Shown here piece by piece: positions 25,001-36,884 of a DNA stretch of 64,000 bases. Origin of the DNA: Macrostomum lignano (lineage: Eukaryota); assembly GCA_002269645.1 (NCBI GenBank), contig NIVC01002878.1, positions 62,001 through 126,000 on the forward strand, read 5' to 3'. The position numbers and the translations under genes are program-made. The notes under the pieces are model-generated. The model saw only the letters and a program-made list of their open reading frames with translations. It made no database searches and was not told where the DNA came from. The stretch's first letter is position 1; each line of letters starts with the position of its first letter.

Positions 25001-25695
25001 CAACACACGAATGACATCAGACGCAATAGAGAGGCGTTTTTTTGAGGTCTGAGCTTCAGGGGCGATTTTGGTTCAGGTTGGAGCTTCAGGGGCGATTTTG
25101 GTTCAGGTTGGAGCTTCAGGGGCGATTTTGGTTCAGGTTGGAGCTTCAGGGGCGATTTTGGTTCAGGTTGGAGCTTCAGGAGCGATTTTGGTTCAGGTTG
25201 GAGCTTCAGGGGCGATTTTGGTTCAGGTTGGAGCTTCAGGGATGATTTTGGTTCAGGTTGGAGCTTCAGGAGCGATTTTGGTTCAGGTTGGAGCTTCAGG
25301 AGCGATTTTGGTTCAGGTTGGAGCTTCAGGGGCGATTTTGGTTCAGGTTGAAGCTTCAGGGGCGATTTTGGTTCAGGTTGGAGCTTCAGGGGTGATTACA
25401 TGTACATGTATTTCGACGTTACTGATCTATCAAATATTGAAGCGATCAACGTAGTCACAAGATGTTTAGGAAGTGACCATGAATTAAAATTACTTTTCCA
25501 TCTCCTCGTCAGTTCGAATGCACAGATTTGCTACGAGCAGGTGAGTTGAGTACAGATCCACCATGGCTTTGCGCAGATCGTGTTTCTGATAGAACGCATT
25601 GGTGTAGATTGTCTCCTGCAGTTTGCGCATCGCGTCCACAATCTGCAGTTTCGTGGGATCGAATAATTGTTTTTTTGGCAGATTGTTTGATAGAC
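22007..25695 (-). CDS. AKAP7-like 2H-phosphoesterase-fold protein with degenerate HxT motifs. Clear exons 25695-25494, 24992-24835, 24739-24635, 23122-22977, 22030-22007; 5' exons uncertain
   Basis: Hand-spliced in frame (phases 2,1,1,0): ...[13 protein letters not shown]...[33 protein letters not shown]...[12 protein letters not shown]...[21 protein letters not shown]...[29 protein letters not shown]...ARQDKRA*. It is collinear with remembered AKAP7 blocks (LAKAMV..GSFHITL, LPFQGIGTF, SFKPHLTFMK, HRFG, IDLC, GYYHCE). Not in the ORF track because the exons are short. The acceptor of the 25695 exon is one of several possible AGs. Confidence 0.75.
22085..22965. repeat. 32-bp minisatellite (ATCTCAAATCGATCAAAATCCTACAAAATCTC) filling the last AKAP7-like intron
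   Basis: Tandem units between the acceptor at 22031-22032 and the donor at 22975-22976. Confidence 0.94.
23140..24565. repeat. 20-21-bp minisatellite (CTGTTAGATTTTGGTGGTAT / CTATTAGATTTTAGTCGTCAC) interrupted by a SINE
   Basis: Tandem units on both sides of the 23809-24175 insertion. Confidence 0.94.
23809..24175 (+). mobile_element. tRNA-derived SINE family A, full-length copy with (TAA)n tail
   Basis: TAGCCCAGCGGT A box, GGCTCGATTCC B box and TAATAATAATAAATA tail. Flanked by ATCTGTTAGATT at 23796-23807 and 24176-24187, a possible TSD that cannot be separated from the host array. Confidence 0.8.
25045..25392. repeat. 30-bp minisatellite (GAGCTTCAGGGGCGATTTTGGTTCAGGTTG)
   Basis: About 11-12 tandem units inside AKAP7-like intron 25493-24993. 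Confidence 0.96.
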
Positions 25696-25734
25696 CTTGT
25701 ACTGTCTGACTTAGCTATGCATGTCTGTGAGTCT

Positions 25735-25852
25735 TCTATAGTGTAATATCTGTGACAGTCTACAGAATAACATCTCTATAGTGTAATATCTGTGACAGTC
25801 TACAGAATAACATCTCTATAGTGTAATATCAGTGACAGTCTATAGAATAACA
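25735..25852. repeat. 40-bp minisatellite, left remnant (ATCTCTATAGTGTAATATCTGTGACAGTCTACAGAATAAC)
   Basis: About 3 units ending at ...AATAACA, exactly where the Helitron CTAG end begins. Confidence 0.93.
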
Positions 25853-28761
25853 CTAGCAATCTACGCCCCCCGTTGGGGAGCCAGAGAAATGCAATACACG
25901 TTTTTTTAATAAGCTACATGTATCCTTGAAATCTTAAAAAATCTCCTGTCAAACCTTGTAAGCCTTGACATGTCAGTAATTCCCCCCACAAGCTTTAACA
26001 TATCAACTTCCCCCCTTGACATCTCAGCAATGCCTCCAATAAGCCTTGGAAATCTAAAAATATCTGTCAACCTTCTAACCCTAACCCTAGCCTAACCCTA
26101 ACCCTAACCTAACCCTAAAGCATTGAAATTTCAGTAATTCTCTCTAAGAGTCATTATAGCACTACTACAGCATTATAGCGATTCCCTGCAAGCCTCGACA
26201 TCGTAGGAATTCCCAAATGAATCTCTTAACTTCAACATGAAGCTTCTTTTATTTTTTACATTACGCTTTTTTAATTAGCGATCCCTCCCCTGAGGAGGCA
26301 TCAAATAATGTAATAAAAAGTTTTCAATAAACTACATGTAGCTTCTGACTTTAGCCTTGAAATCTCATTTATACCCCAGTGAGCCTTGACATCTCAGCTA
26401 TTCCCCCCGTAAGCCTTGACATGTCAGCGATGGCCCCCCATAAACCTTGAAATCTAAAAAATCCCGTTAACCTTGAAACCCGATAAAATATAACCCTCAA
26501 CCAACACCTTACCTAAACCTAACTTTAACCCAACCTAAAGCCTTGAAATCTCAGCAATTCTTCTCCCCTAAGCCTTGACATTTTAGTGATTCCTTCTTTA
26601 AGAATCACAGCACTATAACGATTTCCACCAAGCTTTGACATCGTAGCAACTCCCAAATGAATCTTTTAACTTCGACATGACTTTTCTATTATGTATACAT
26701 AGTGCTACTTTTATTTTTTACATGACTCTTCTTCTATCAGCGCCCCCCCCCCGTGGCGAGCCAACAAAGAATGCAATAAAAAATTGAGTAAAGTACATTA
26801 ACTTTGAATTAGCTTCTGACTTTTGCTTTGACATCTCAGAACCCCACCCCCCGTAATCTCAGTTATTCTCCGTGAGCCTTTACGTCTCAGTTTTTCTCCC
26901 CAGCACAGCATTATAGCTGCATTTATTTTTACATGACACCCTTCATGTCTGACATGACGCTTCTTTTATTCTACCATGATGCTTCTTAATTTTTTAAATG
27001 ACACTTTTATTAGTTTTTACATGACGCTTCTATGATTTTTTACATGACGCTTCTATGATTATTTACATGACGCTTCTATGATTTTTTTACATGACGCTTC
27101 TATGATTGTTTACATGACGCTTCTCTGATTTTTACATGACGCTTCTATGATTTTTTACATGACGCTTCTATGATTGTTTACGTGACGCTTCTATGATTTT
27201 TACATGACGCTTCTATGATTTTTTACATGACGCTTCTATGATTGTTTACATGACGCTTCTATGATTGTTTACATGACGCTTCTATGATTTTTTTACATGA
27301 CGCTTTTATGATGTTTTAGATGACGCTTCTATGATTTTTTACATGACGCTTCTATGATTGTTTACATGACGCTTCTATGATTTTTTAAATGACGCTTCTA
27401 TGATTTTTACATGACGCTTCCATGATTGTTTACATGACGCTTCTATGATTGTTTACATGACGCTTCTATGATTTTTATATGACGCTTCTACGATTTTTTA
27501 CATGACGCTTCTATGATTGTTTACATGACGCTTCTATGATTTTTTATATGACGCTTCTATGATTTTTACATGACGCTTCCATGATTGTTTACATGACGCT
27601 TCTATGATTTGTTTACATGACGCTTCTATGATTTTTATATGACGCTTCTATGATTGTTTACATGACGCTTCTATGATTGTTTACATGACGCTTCTACGAT
27701 TTTTTACATGACGCTTCTATGATTGTTTACATGACGCTTCTATGATTGTTTACATGACGCCTCTATGATTGTTTACATGACGCTTCTATGATTTTTTACA
27801 TGACGCTTCTATGATTTTTACATGACGCTTCTATGATTGTTTACACGACGCTTCTATGATTTTTACATAACGCTTCTACGATATTTTACAAGACGCTTCT
27901 CTGATTGTTTACATGACGCTTCTATGATTTTTTACATGACGCTTCTATGCTTTTTATATGACGCTTCTACGATTTTTTACATGACGCTTCTATGATTGTT
28001 TACATGACGCTTCTATGATTTTTTAAATGACACTTCTATGATTTTTATATGACACTTCTATGATTGTTTACATGACGCTTCTCTGATTGTTTACATGACG
28101 CTTCTATGATTGTTTACATGACGCTTCTATGATTTTTTAAATGACGCTTCTATGATTTTTACATGACGCTTCCTTTTAAAAAGTCTTTTAGTTTTCCTGA
28201 CGTTGAAAAGCTTTAATTAAAAAAATTATACTCTATGAAAATTCGAATCATCGTCGCTGCATTTAGCAGTTCAGTTTGTTCACCTCTAGGCTAGCTCTCA
28301 TCGTTTTGATAACATCAAATTTTTCACTTATTTAATTCAACACTTTAAAATCCAAGCATAGAGTAAATCACACGAAGCAGTTATGACATAATCAGTTTCT
28401 CAGTCAAAACAAAATTTTCATTTTTAGTATATAGGATATGGTTACGCAATTTAAATCAAGTCTGGTGCTACGCTTCCACACTGCATTTTCAATTCAAGTC
28501 GGAGTTACAATTCAGTTATGATGCAATCTATTTCAGAATCAGAATTCAACCAGTCAGTTTTTTCTCTAGCATTCTTACAATGCATTTCAAGTCGAAAAGT
28601 TTGCTTGACCTTTGCAAAAAAGTATGTTTTTCGAATATTTAATGCCTTTAGCATCGAGCAATTTCTTAGCCACGATGCATGTACCGTCACGGGAAAATTT
28701 CTGATCGAACAGTGCAAGTTCGAACAAAATCGGTCCAGCCATTTTTTCTCTAATCGATCAC

Positions 28762-28794
<33 letters not shown>

Positions 28795-28823
28795 CACAGA
28801 CAGACCATTTTTAGTATATAGGA
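25853..28823 (-). mobile_element. Non-autonomous Helitron, copy A (2971 bp)
   Basis: Minus-strand 5' end TCCTATATACTAAAAA (28823). 3' end is hairpin GCTCCCCAACGGGGGGC, an 8-nt spacer, then CTAG (25853). Internal 22-bp array and TTAGGG-like tracts. No Rep/helicase ORF. Confidence 0.88.
26925..28172. repeat. 22-bp minisatellite (CATGACGCTTCTATGATTKTTTA) inside Helitron copy A
   Basis: More than 50 tandem units. The same unit occurs at 28975-29065 and 30340-30900. Confidence 0.95.
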
Positions 28824-31511
28824 CTAGCAATCTACGCCCCCCGTTGGGGAGCCAAAGAAATGCAATACACGTATTTTTAATAAGCTACATGTAGCCTTGA
28901 AATCTTAAAAAATCTCCTGTCAAAATTCTAACCCTAACCAAAACCCTAAATTCAATATTTTGTCCATGAGTTTTTGCATGATCGATGCTTCTATGATTTT
29001 TGGCATGACGCTTCCATTGTTTTTGCATGACGCTTCCATTATTTTTGCATGATGCTTCCATGATAAACATTTTTAATAAGCTAAATGAGCCAAGTTATAA
29101 GCTACCCTAACCCTAACCCTAACCCGAATCTTAACGCAATAACCCTGAACCTAACCCTAAACCTAAACCCTAATACCAACCCTAACACTAACCCTACAGC
29201 CTGACATCTGCATAAGTTTGTGAAGAGCTAGTAGTATTTTTTAGCTTAGTCTTAGCGTTAGGGAGCCAAAAATACAGTACAAGTTTTGTAATAAACTACA
29301 TGTAGCATCTCTTTGCAATATACCTCAGAAGTCCCTTGTAAGCCTTGAAATGTCAGTAATCCCCCCCACAAGCTTTAACAAATCAACTCCCCCCTTGACA
29401 TCTCAGCGATGCCCCAAATAAGCCTTGAAGTCTAAAAAAATCTGTCAACCTTCTAACCCTAACCCTAGCCTAACCCTAACCCTAACCCTAGCCTAACCCT
29501 AACCCTAACCCTAACCTAACCCTAAAGCATTGAAATTTCAGTAATTCTGAGTCATTATAGCACTACTACAGCATTATAGCGATTCCCTGCAAGCCTCGAC
29601 ATCGTAGGGATTCCCAAATGAATCTCTTCGCTTCGACATGAAGCTTCTTTTATTTTTTACATTATGCTTTTTCTATCAGTGAGCCCTGAGGAGCCAACAA
29701 AAAATGTAATAAAAAGTTTTCAATAAACTACATGTAGCTTCTGACTTTAGCCTTGAAATCTCATTTATACCCCCGTGAGCCTTGACATCTCAGCTATTCA
29801 CCCCCGTAAGCCTTGACATGTCAGCGATGCCCCCCATAAATCTTGAAATCTAAAAAAATCCCCTGTTAACCTTGAAACCCGATAAAATATAACCCTCAAC
29901 CCACACCTGACCTAAACCTAACTTTAACCCAACCTAAAGCCTTGAAATCTCAGCAATTCTTCTCCCCCAAGCCTTGGCATTTTAGTGTTTCCTTCTTTAA
30001 GAATCACCAGCACTATAACGATTTCCACCAAGCTTGGACATCGTAGCAATTCCCAAATGAATCTTTTAACTTCGACATGACTTTTCTTATATGTATACAT
30101 AGTGCTACTTTTATTTTTTACATGACTCTGCTTCTATCAGCGCCCCCCCTGTGGCGAGCCAACAATGAATGTAATAAAAATTGAGTAAAGTACATGAACT
30201 TTGAAGTAGCTTCTGACTTTTGCTTTGACATCTCAGAAACCCCCCCCCCACCTGTAATCTCAGTTATTCTCTGTGAGCCTTGACGTCTCAGTAATTCTCC
30301 CCAGCACAGCACTGTACTATAGCTTCATTTAATTTTTATATGACACCTTTCATGTCTGACATGGCGCTTCTTTTGATTTTTACATGACGCTTCTTTTATT
30401 CTTCCATTATTCTTCTTAATTTTTTAAATGACACTTTCATTAGTTTTTATATGAGGCTTCTATGATTGTTTGCATGACGCTTCTATGATTTTACCATGAC
30501 GCTTCTATTATTGTTTGCATGACGCTTCTATGATTGTTTACATGACGCTTCTATGATTTTTTCATGACGCTTTTATGATTTTTTACATGACGCTTTTATG
30601 ATTTTTTACATGACGCTTCTATGATTGTTAACATGACGCTTCTATGATTGTTTACATGACGCTTCTATGATTTTTTACATGACGCTTCTATGATTGTTTA
30701 CATGACGCTTCTATGATTGTTTACATGACGCTTCTATGATTGTTTGCATGACGCTTCTATGATTGTTTACATGACGCTTCTATGATTTTTTACATGACGC
30801 TTCTATGCTTTTTACATGATGCTTCCACGATTTTTTACATGACACTTCCACGATTCTTTACATGACGCTTCTATGATTTTTTACATGACGCTTTTATGAT
30901 TTTTTTAGTTTTCTTGGCGTTAAAGAGCTTTAATTAAAAAAACTCTACTCTCTAAAAATTCGAACCATCGTTTCTGCATTTAGCAGTTCAGTCTGTTTAC
31001 CTCTAGGCTAGCTCTCATCGTTTTGATAACATGAATTCAGCACTTATAATTATAAGTTTCAAAACTCCAAGCATAGAGTAAATCACACGAGGCAGTTATT
31101 ACATAATCAATTTCTCAGTCAGTCAGTATCAGTTAACAATATTGTTGCGCAATCTAAATCAAGTCTGGTGCTACGCTTCCACACTGCATTTTCAATACTG
31201 TGACGCAATTCAAGTCGGAGTTACAATTCAGTTATGATGTAATCCATTTCAGAATCAGAATTCAACCAGTCAGTTTTTTCTCTAGCATTCTTACAATGCA
31301 TTTCAAGTCGAAAAGTTTGCTTGACCTTTGCAAAAAAGCATGTTTTTCGAATATTTAATCGCTTTAACATGGAGCAATTTCTTAGCCAAGATGCATGTAC
31401 CGTCCCAGGAAAATTTCTGATCGAACAGTGCAAGTTCGAAGAAAATCGGTCCAGCCATTTTTTCTCTAATCGATTGCGTACAAACAAACAACTCATTTTT
31501 AGTATATAGGA
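28824..31511 (-). mobile_element. Non-autonomous Helitron, copy B (2688 bp), joined head-to-tail to copy A
   Basis: Same TCCTATATACTAAAAA 5' end (31511) and identical hairpin plus CTAG 3' end (28824). The dimer sits between A and T of the host repeat with no TSD. Confidence 0.88.
30340..30900. repeat. 22-bp minisatellite inside Helitron copy B
   Basis: Same unit as 26925-28172, with fewer copies. Confidence 0.93.
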
Positions 31512-33114
31512 TCTCTATAGTGTAATATCAGTGACAGTCTACAGAATAACATCTCTATAGTGTAATATCTGTGACAGTCTACAGAATAACATCTCTATAG
31601 TGTAATATCTGTGACAGTCTATAGAATAACATCTCTATAGTGTAATATCTGTGACAGTCTATAGAATAACATCTCTATAGTGTAATATCTGCGACAGTCT
31701 ACAGAATAACATCTCTATAGTGTAACATCTGTGACAGTATACAGAATAACATCTCTATAGTGTAATATCTCTGACAGTCTACAGTATATCATCTCTATAG
31801 TGTAATATCTGTGACAGTCTATAGAATAACATCTCTATAGTGTAATATCTGTGCCAGTCTACAGAATAACATCTCTATAGTGTAATATCTGTGACAGTCT
31901 ACAGAATCACATCTCTATAGTGTAATTTCTGTGATGAGTCTACAGAATATCATCTCTATAGTGTAATTTCTGTGATGAGTCTACAGAATATCATCTCTAT
32001 AGTGTAATATCTGTGACAGTCTACAGAATAACATCTCTATAGTGTAATATCTGTGACAGTCTATAGAATAACATCTCTATAGTGTAATATCTGTGACAGT
32101 CTATAGAATAACATCTCTATAGTGTAATATCTGTGACAGTCTATAGAATAAAATCTCTATAGTGTAATATCTGTGACAGTCTACAGCATAACATCTCTAT
32201 AGTGTAATATCTGTGACAGTCTATAGAATAAAATCTCTATAGTGTAATATCTGTGACAGTCTATAGAATAAAATCTCTATAGTGTAATATCTGTGACAGT
32301 CTACAGAATAACATCTCTATAGTGTAATATCTGTGACAGTATACAGAATAACATCTCTATAGTGTAATATCTGTGACAGTCTATAGAATAAAATCTCTAT
32401 AGTATAATATATGTGACAGTCTACAGAATAACATCTCTATAGTGTAATATCTGTGACAGTCTACAGAATAACATCTCTATAGTGTAATATCTGTGACAGT
32501 CTACAGAATAACATCTCTATAGTGTAATATCTGTGACAGTCTATAGAATAAAATCTCTATAGTGTAATATCTGTGACAGTCTACAGAATAACATCTCTAT
32601 AGTGTAATATCTGTGACAGTCTACAGAATAGCATCTCTATAGTGTAATATCTGTTACAGTCTACAGAATAGCATCTCTATAGTGTAATATCTGTGACAGT
32701 CTACAGAATAGCATCTCTATAGTGTAATATCTGTGACAGTCTACAGAATAGCATCTCTATAGTGTAATATCTGTGACAGTCTACAGAATAGCATCTCTAT
32801 AGTGTAATATCTGTGACAGTCTACATAATAGCATCTCTATAGTGTAATATCTGTGACAGTCTACAGAATAGCATCTCTATAGTGTAATATCTGTGACAGT
32901 CTACAGAATAGCATCTCTATAGTGTAATATCTGTGACAGTCTACAGAATAGCATCTCTATAGTGTAATATCTGTGACAGTCTACAGAATAGCATCTCTAT
33001 AGTGTAATATCTGTGACAGTCTACAGAATAGCATCTCTATAGTGTAATATCTGTGACAGTCTACAGAATAGCATCTCTATAGTGTAATATCTGTGACAGT
33101 CTACAGAATAACAT
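31512..33114. repeat. 40-bp minisatellite, main block
   Basis: About 40 tandem units resuming at TCTCTATAG right after the Helitron and ending at AATAACAT before the EnSpm TIR. Confidence 0.97.
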
Positions 33115-34169
33115 CCCAGTGGGACAACTAAGTGGGGCGTACAGTGGGCGGTGTGCGCCCTCGCGACCGCCTGTGAGGGCAGTCAGTAAATATTTTTATT
33201 TTCACTTTACAATGAAGGATGATCTGATTTTTCAATGAGAAATTGTGATTTTGTAATCGTGATACTTTATTTCGCCTTAATAAGTACGATTTTTTAAATC
33301 CTAATCGAAGCCGCCCGGTGATCGCCCGGCGGCCTATGAGGCGGCAACCTAAATTTGGCATGTTTCATGTTCCAGGCAGCTTTATTTAATAGCATTGCCC
33401 TTACAGCTTAGCGGGAGAACCGTTTTTTATCACAATAATAGGTGACTACTCTTTACAATAAACGTTAGGGAAATATTTGCTGTTGCCTAGTGCCAACATT
33501 GTGAAATTATTTTTCCGGAAAGATGTGTAGAGTTTCATAAAAATTTAAATGCGCATCAGACTACTTTTAGTAGCGTAGAGTTGCAGGCCCCCGAGAACAA
33601 ATTTTTGTTTGCAGTCGAAAGAAGATTAAAAGCATCAAATAGACGATAAATATTAAATATTTGCGCTTTTAGAAAGTGAGCTTGTCTTTGCCATCTATTT
33701 TTAATTGCTGCTAAACCTGCTGATCGAACATGCCGGCTTAAAATGCCCCTTAGAAGTAGAATTAAGTGCTCCTCACTGGGTGAAACTACGAGTAGTGTCT
33801 GCAATGCTTGACTTCATGCTGTTCCTGTTGGCCAGAAATCCATAATCAATGATCTGAAAAATGCTGCAGCAGCTGTTACAGCTTTGAGTAGTGTCCACTA
33901 AAATCGCAGATTTTTTATTCCTGGATGCCGTTGCGCAGCTTGGATATTTCTCTGCAGGCAAAACTAACTATTGATTATTTATATATTTGTTTTGGTGAAA
34001 ACACGCTGCTTTAACATCTGGAATTTAAACCCACAGAATTTGGAACCCTGTATCTCTTTTGCTTCTTTGATTTAAAATCTAACAAAAAATATTTAAATAG
34101 CTAGTGCAATGGAAGTTAGGAAAAACCAAACAAGGTCTACGATTTCGATTCCGTCGGTTTATTTAAGCA

Positions 34170-34500
34170 AGATTCTACTGTCTCTTTTTCTCTCCATCTG
34201 TCCTCTCTCAACCTATTCCTCAGTCCCTTCTATCTGTCTACTCTCCTCTCTCCCTTTGTTCACACTGTTCTCCCCCCCCTTCGATCTGTCTATACTCTCA
34301 CTCTGTTATCCCGGTCTTCTCTTCCGCTGTACCCTTTTTTCATCCTCCCTCTCTTGCATCTGCCCTGCATCCCTTTCATCTGTCCTCTCTGCTGCTCTAT
34401 CTGTCTTCTTGTCTACTGCTTTTTCATCTCTTCTCTCTCCCTCTGTTTTCTATAGCTTTCTATGTTTCCCTGTTTTCTCTAACTGCTCTACTACTCCACA
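34170..34500. repeat. CT-rich low-complexity tract inside the EnSpm element
   Basis: Pyrimidine-only stretches; gives spurious ORF 34109. Confidence 0.8.
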
Positions 34501-34760
34501 GGCGAAAGAATAGATAAAAATCAGGCAAACTTCACATGCTCATAGTTTCTGTCCTGTCCTGATTGAGTTATGAAGCTGAGACTCCATGTTTAGACAGAAA
34601 ACATATCAAGGCGCAATCGACTCAAGTTTGAAATAAATATATTTATTTGGGGCAAAGTTATGGCAGTCTAAATTGGCCAGGGAAGTAAGAGCTAGGTAAT
34701 CCGACCTATTGGCTCGCTGTGCTGCGCTGCGAGAAGCAAAGCTGACTCAAAGCTTTAACC

Positions 34761-34800
34761 CAGAGGCTGGCAAACTTTTTTCCTCAAGGGCCAGATGAAA
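34761..34800 (+). mobile_element. Isolated hAT/Charlie-like left terminus fragment
   Basis: CAGAGGCTGGCAAACTTTTTTCCTCAAGGGCCAGAT resembles Charlie-type MITE ends. No matching right end found. Confidence 0.4.
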
Positions 34801-34819
34801 AATCCAGTGCAAGCTCATG

Positions 34820-35402
34820 AGACATGAGAGACAGAGAGAGATGAGATAAGAAAGAAGACAAGAGGAGAAAAGAGGGAAGAGACGAGAGAAGGGAGAGAGG
34901 GAGGAGAGGAGAGAAGAAGAGAAAGAAGAAATAGGGAGAGAGGAGAGAGGGTAGAGAGGAGAAGGGTAGAGAGGAGAGAGGGTAGAAAAGAGAGAGGGTA
35001 GAGAAGAGAGGGTAGAGAGGAGAGAGGGTAGAGAAGAGAGAGGGTAGAGAAGAGAGAGGGTAGAGAGGAGAGGGTAGAGAGGAGAGAGGGTAGAGAAGAG
35101 AGAGGGTAGAGAAGAGAGAGGGTAGAGAAGAGAGAGGGTAGAGAAGAGAGAGGGTAGAGAAAAGAGAGGGTAGAGAAGAGAGGGTAGAGAGGAGAGATGG
35201 TAGAGAAGAGAGAGGGTAGAGAAGAGAGAGGGTAGAGAAAAGAGAGGGTAGAGAAGAGAGAGGGTAGAGAAGAGAGGGTAGAGAGGAGAGATGGTAGAGA
35301 AGAGAGAGGGTAGAGAAGAGAGAGGGTAGAGAAAAGAGAGGGTAGAGAAGAGAGAGGGTAGAGAAGAGAGGGTAGAAAGGAGAGAGGGTAGAGAGGATAG
35401 AG
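34820..35402. repeat. GA-rich 14-16-bp minisatellite (GGGTAGAGAAGAGAGA)
   Basis: Purine-only tandem array; gives spurious ORF 34815. Confidence 0.94.
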
Positions 35403-36884
35403 GAACTTCACATTGCCGAGCACGCTCTTACGAGGTACATAAGGTTCGGCCTAGTGAAAGAGAGTGCTTTTCGGCAAAGTGAAATTTTTGCCTAATGAAA
35501 GCGCCCCGTGAATTTGTTGCGGTTGTAAATTTTTATTGAGTTTTTAATATTTGTACGTTTGTAACTCACGCTAAAAATATCAACTCTTTCGTTTCAGACG
35601 ACACACAAATCTCGAAGTATAGATAGTTACAAGCAGATACTGTTGTTCATTGTAGTAAATGTAAGACAGGACAAGTATGCAAAACAGATTAAGCGTTGTT
35701 GTTGAAAGGCTAAACTTTGTAATTAAAACGTAAAAAATATAGTTACTGTAACATTCACATGGGTATTAACGGCTTAATAAGCCTTAAAAGAGTTAGTAAC
35801 CAGTTAATGAAACATATTGATAAAAAGTTAGTTTAATTATTCAAACACATAGTTCTCAACACTCAAATTTGATAAATCTAACTGTCGTTAATGCTGAAAT
35901 TATTGACACACCTAACTCAGTGTCAAGAAATGAACGAACTTTATTTTCAGAAAAAAGCTCTCTTGACGGTTCGGATCTGTAGTGTCTTGGAAATTTAGCT
36001 GGCCTCTCTATTCACTGGTGTACTGGTGTTAACGCAGCAAAAGGGTGACAGGGGATACAGAAAATGCAAGGGAATATGGAATCGTATATTTTCGATATTG
36101 TACAGGCCCACTCCCTCCACTCTCCAAGTGGATTCAAATTTCTGGCTGCGCCAAAAGTGTTCCTTTTCGAAGCCATTCATGGAAGCAGATAGATTTTAGC
36201 TCAGTTCTAGCCCACAGACCTGCTTCTAAGTTATATAGTTGTTTACTTTATGGGAGACTGAGTTCGAACAGAAAAGGCCTGTTTGATAGATAGCAAAGAA
36301 GCGGGCAGTGTGTTGGTGGGGAAGTATGTATCAATTTTATTTCGAACTGAATTGCGAGAGAGATATATCGTGTAGAGGAGCAACTCAAAGCCTGTCGAGC
36401 CGACATTTTTTATGGCCACAACAGCTGCCTCTGTCTCTTTATACCCCACCCCCATAAGAAAAAAGCTTATTTCGAGCCTCTGTTTGATCCAGGCATGTCC
36501 AGGCCAGCAGGGTTCACAGACCATGAATAAAATGGGTCCCACGATTTCTATTAGCTATATAGCTATAAATCTTGGTTCAACAAATCAAAACAAAGAGAGC
36601 AAAGCAGAACAGAGAAAAAAACAGTCTAGCGTTCTCGATGTTTCAGTCTCTGTCTTTGTGTATTGATATTGCCAGTTCACAGTCGAATAAGCTAGTAGTT
36701 TTTTTCGGTAGATGCATGCGAGCCCTGCGAGGCGGAGTCGAGAAATCAAAGCAGCTGATCGATGATTCCAAAACAGCTGTGGGAAATGATACGAGTTTCA
36801 ATAAGTTAGGCAATACACTTGTTTAGAAACCTTGAAAAAAAAACGTTGGGTTAAAATTGACTTACGAATCAGTTCATATCTAAT

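Noticed and set aside
29104-29526. True telomere or chromosome fusion site
   Set aside because: Short, imperfect, single-orientation tracts at homologous internal positions of Helitron subunits.
28505-31509. ORFs 28505, 28518, 31221, 31303 and 31321 as Helitron proteins
   Set aside because: Under 100 aa, no Rep HUH or helicase motifs, and simply repeated with the element's 5' region.
4887-33114. 28-40-bp regular repeats as CRISPR arrays
   Set aside because: Units are directly adjacent with no unique spacers, no cas genes are present, and the context is eukaryotic.
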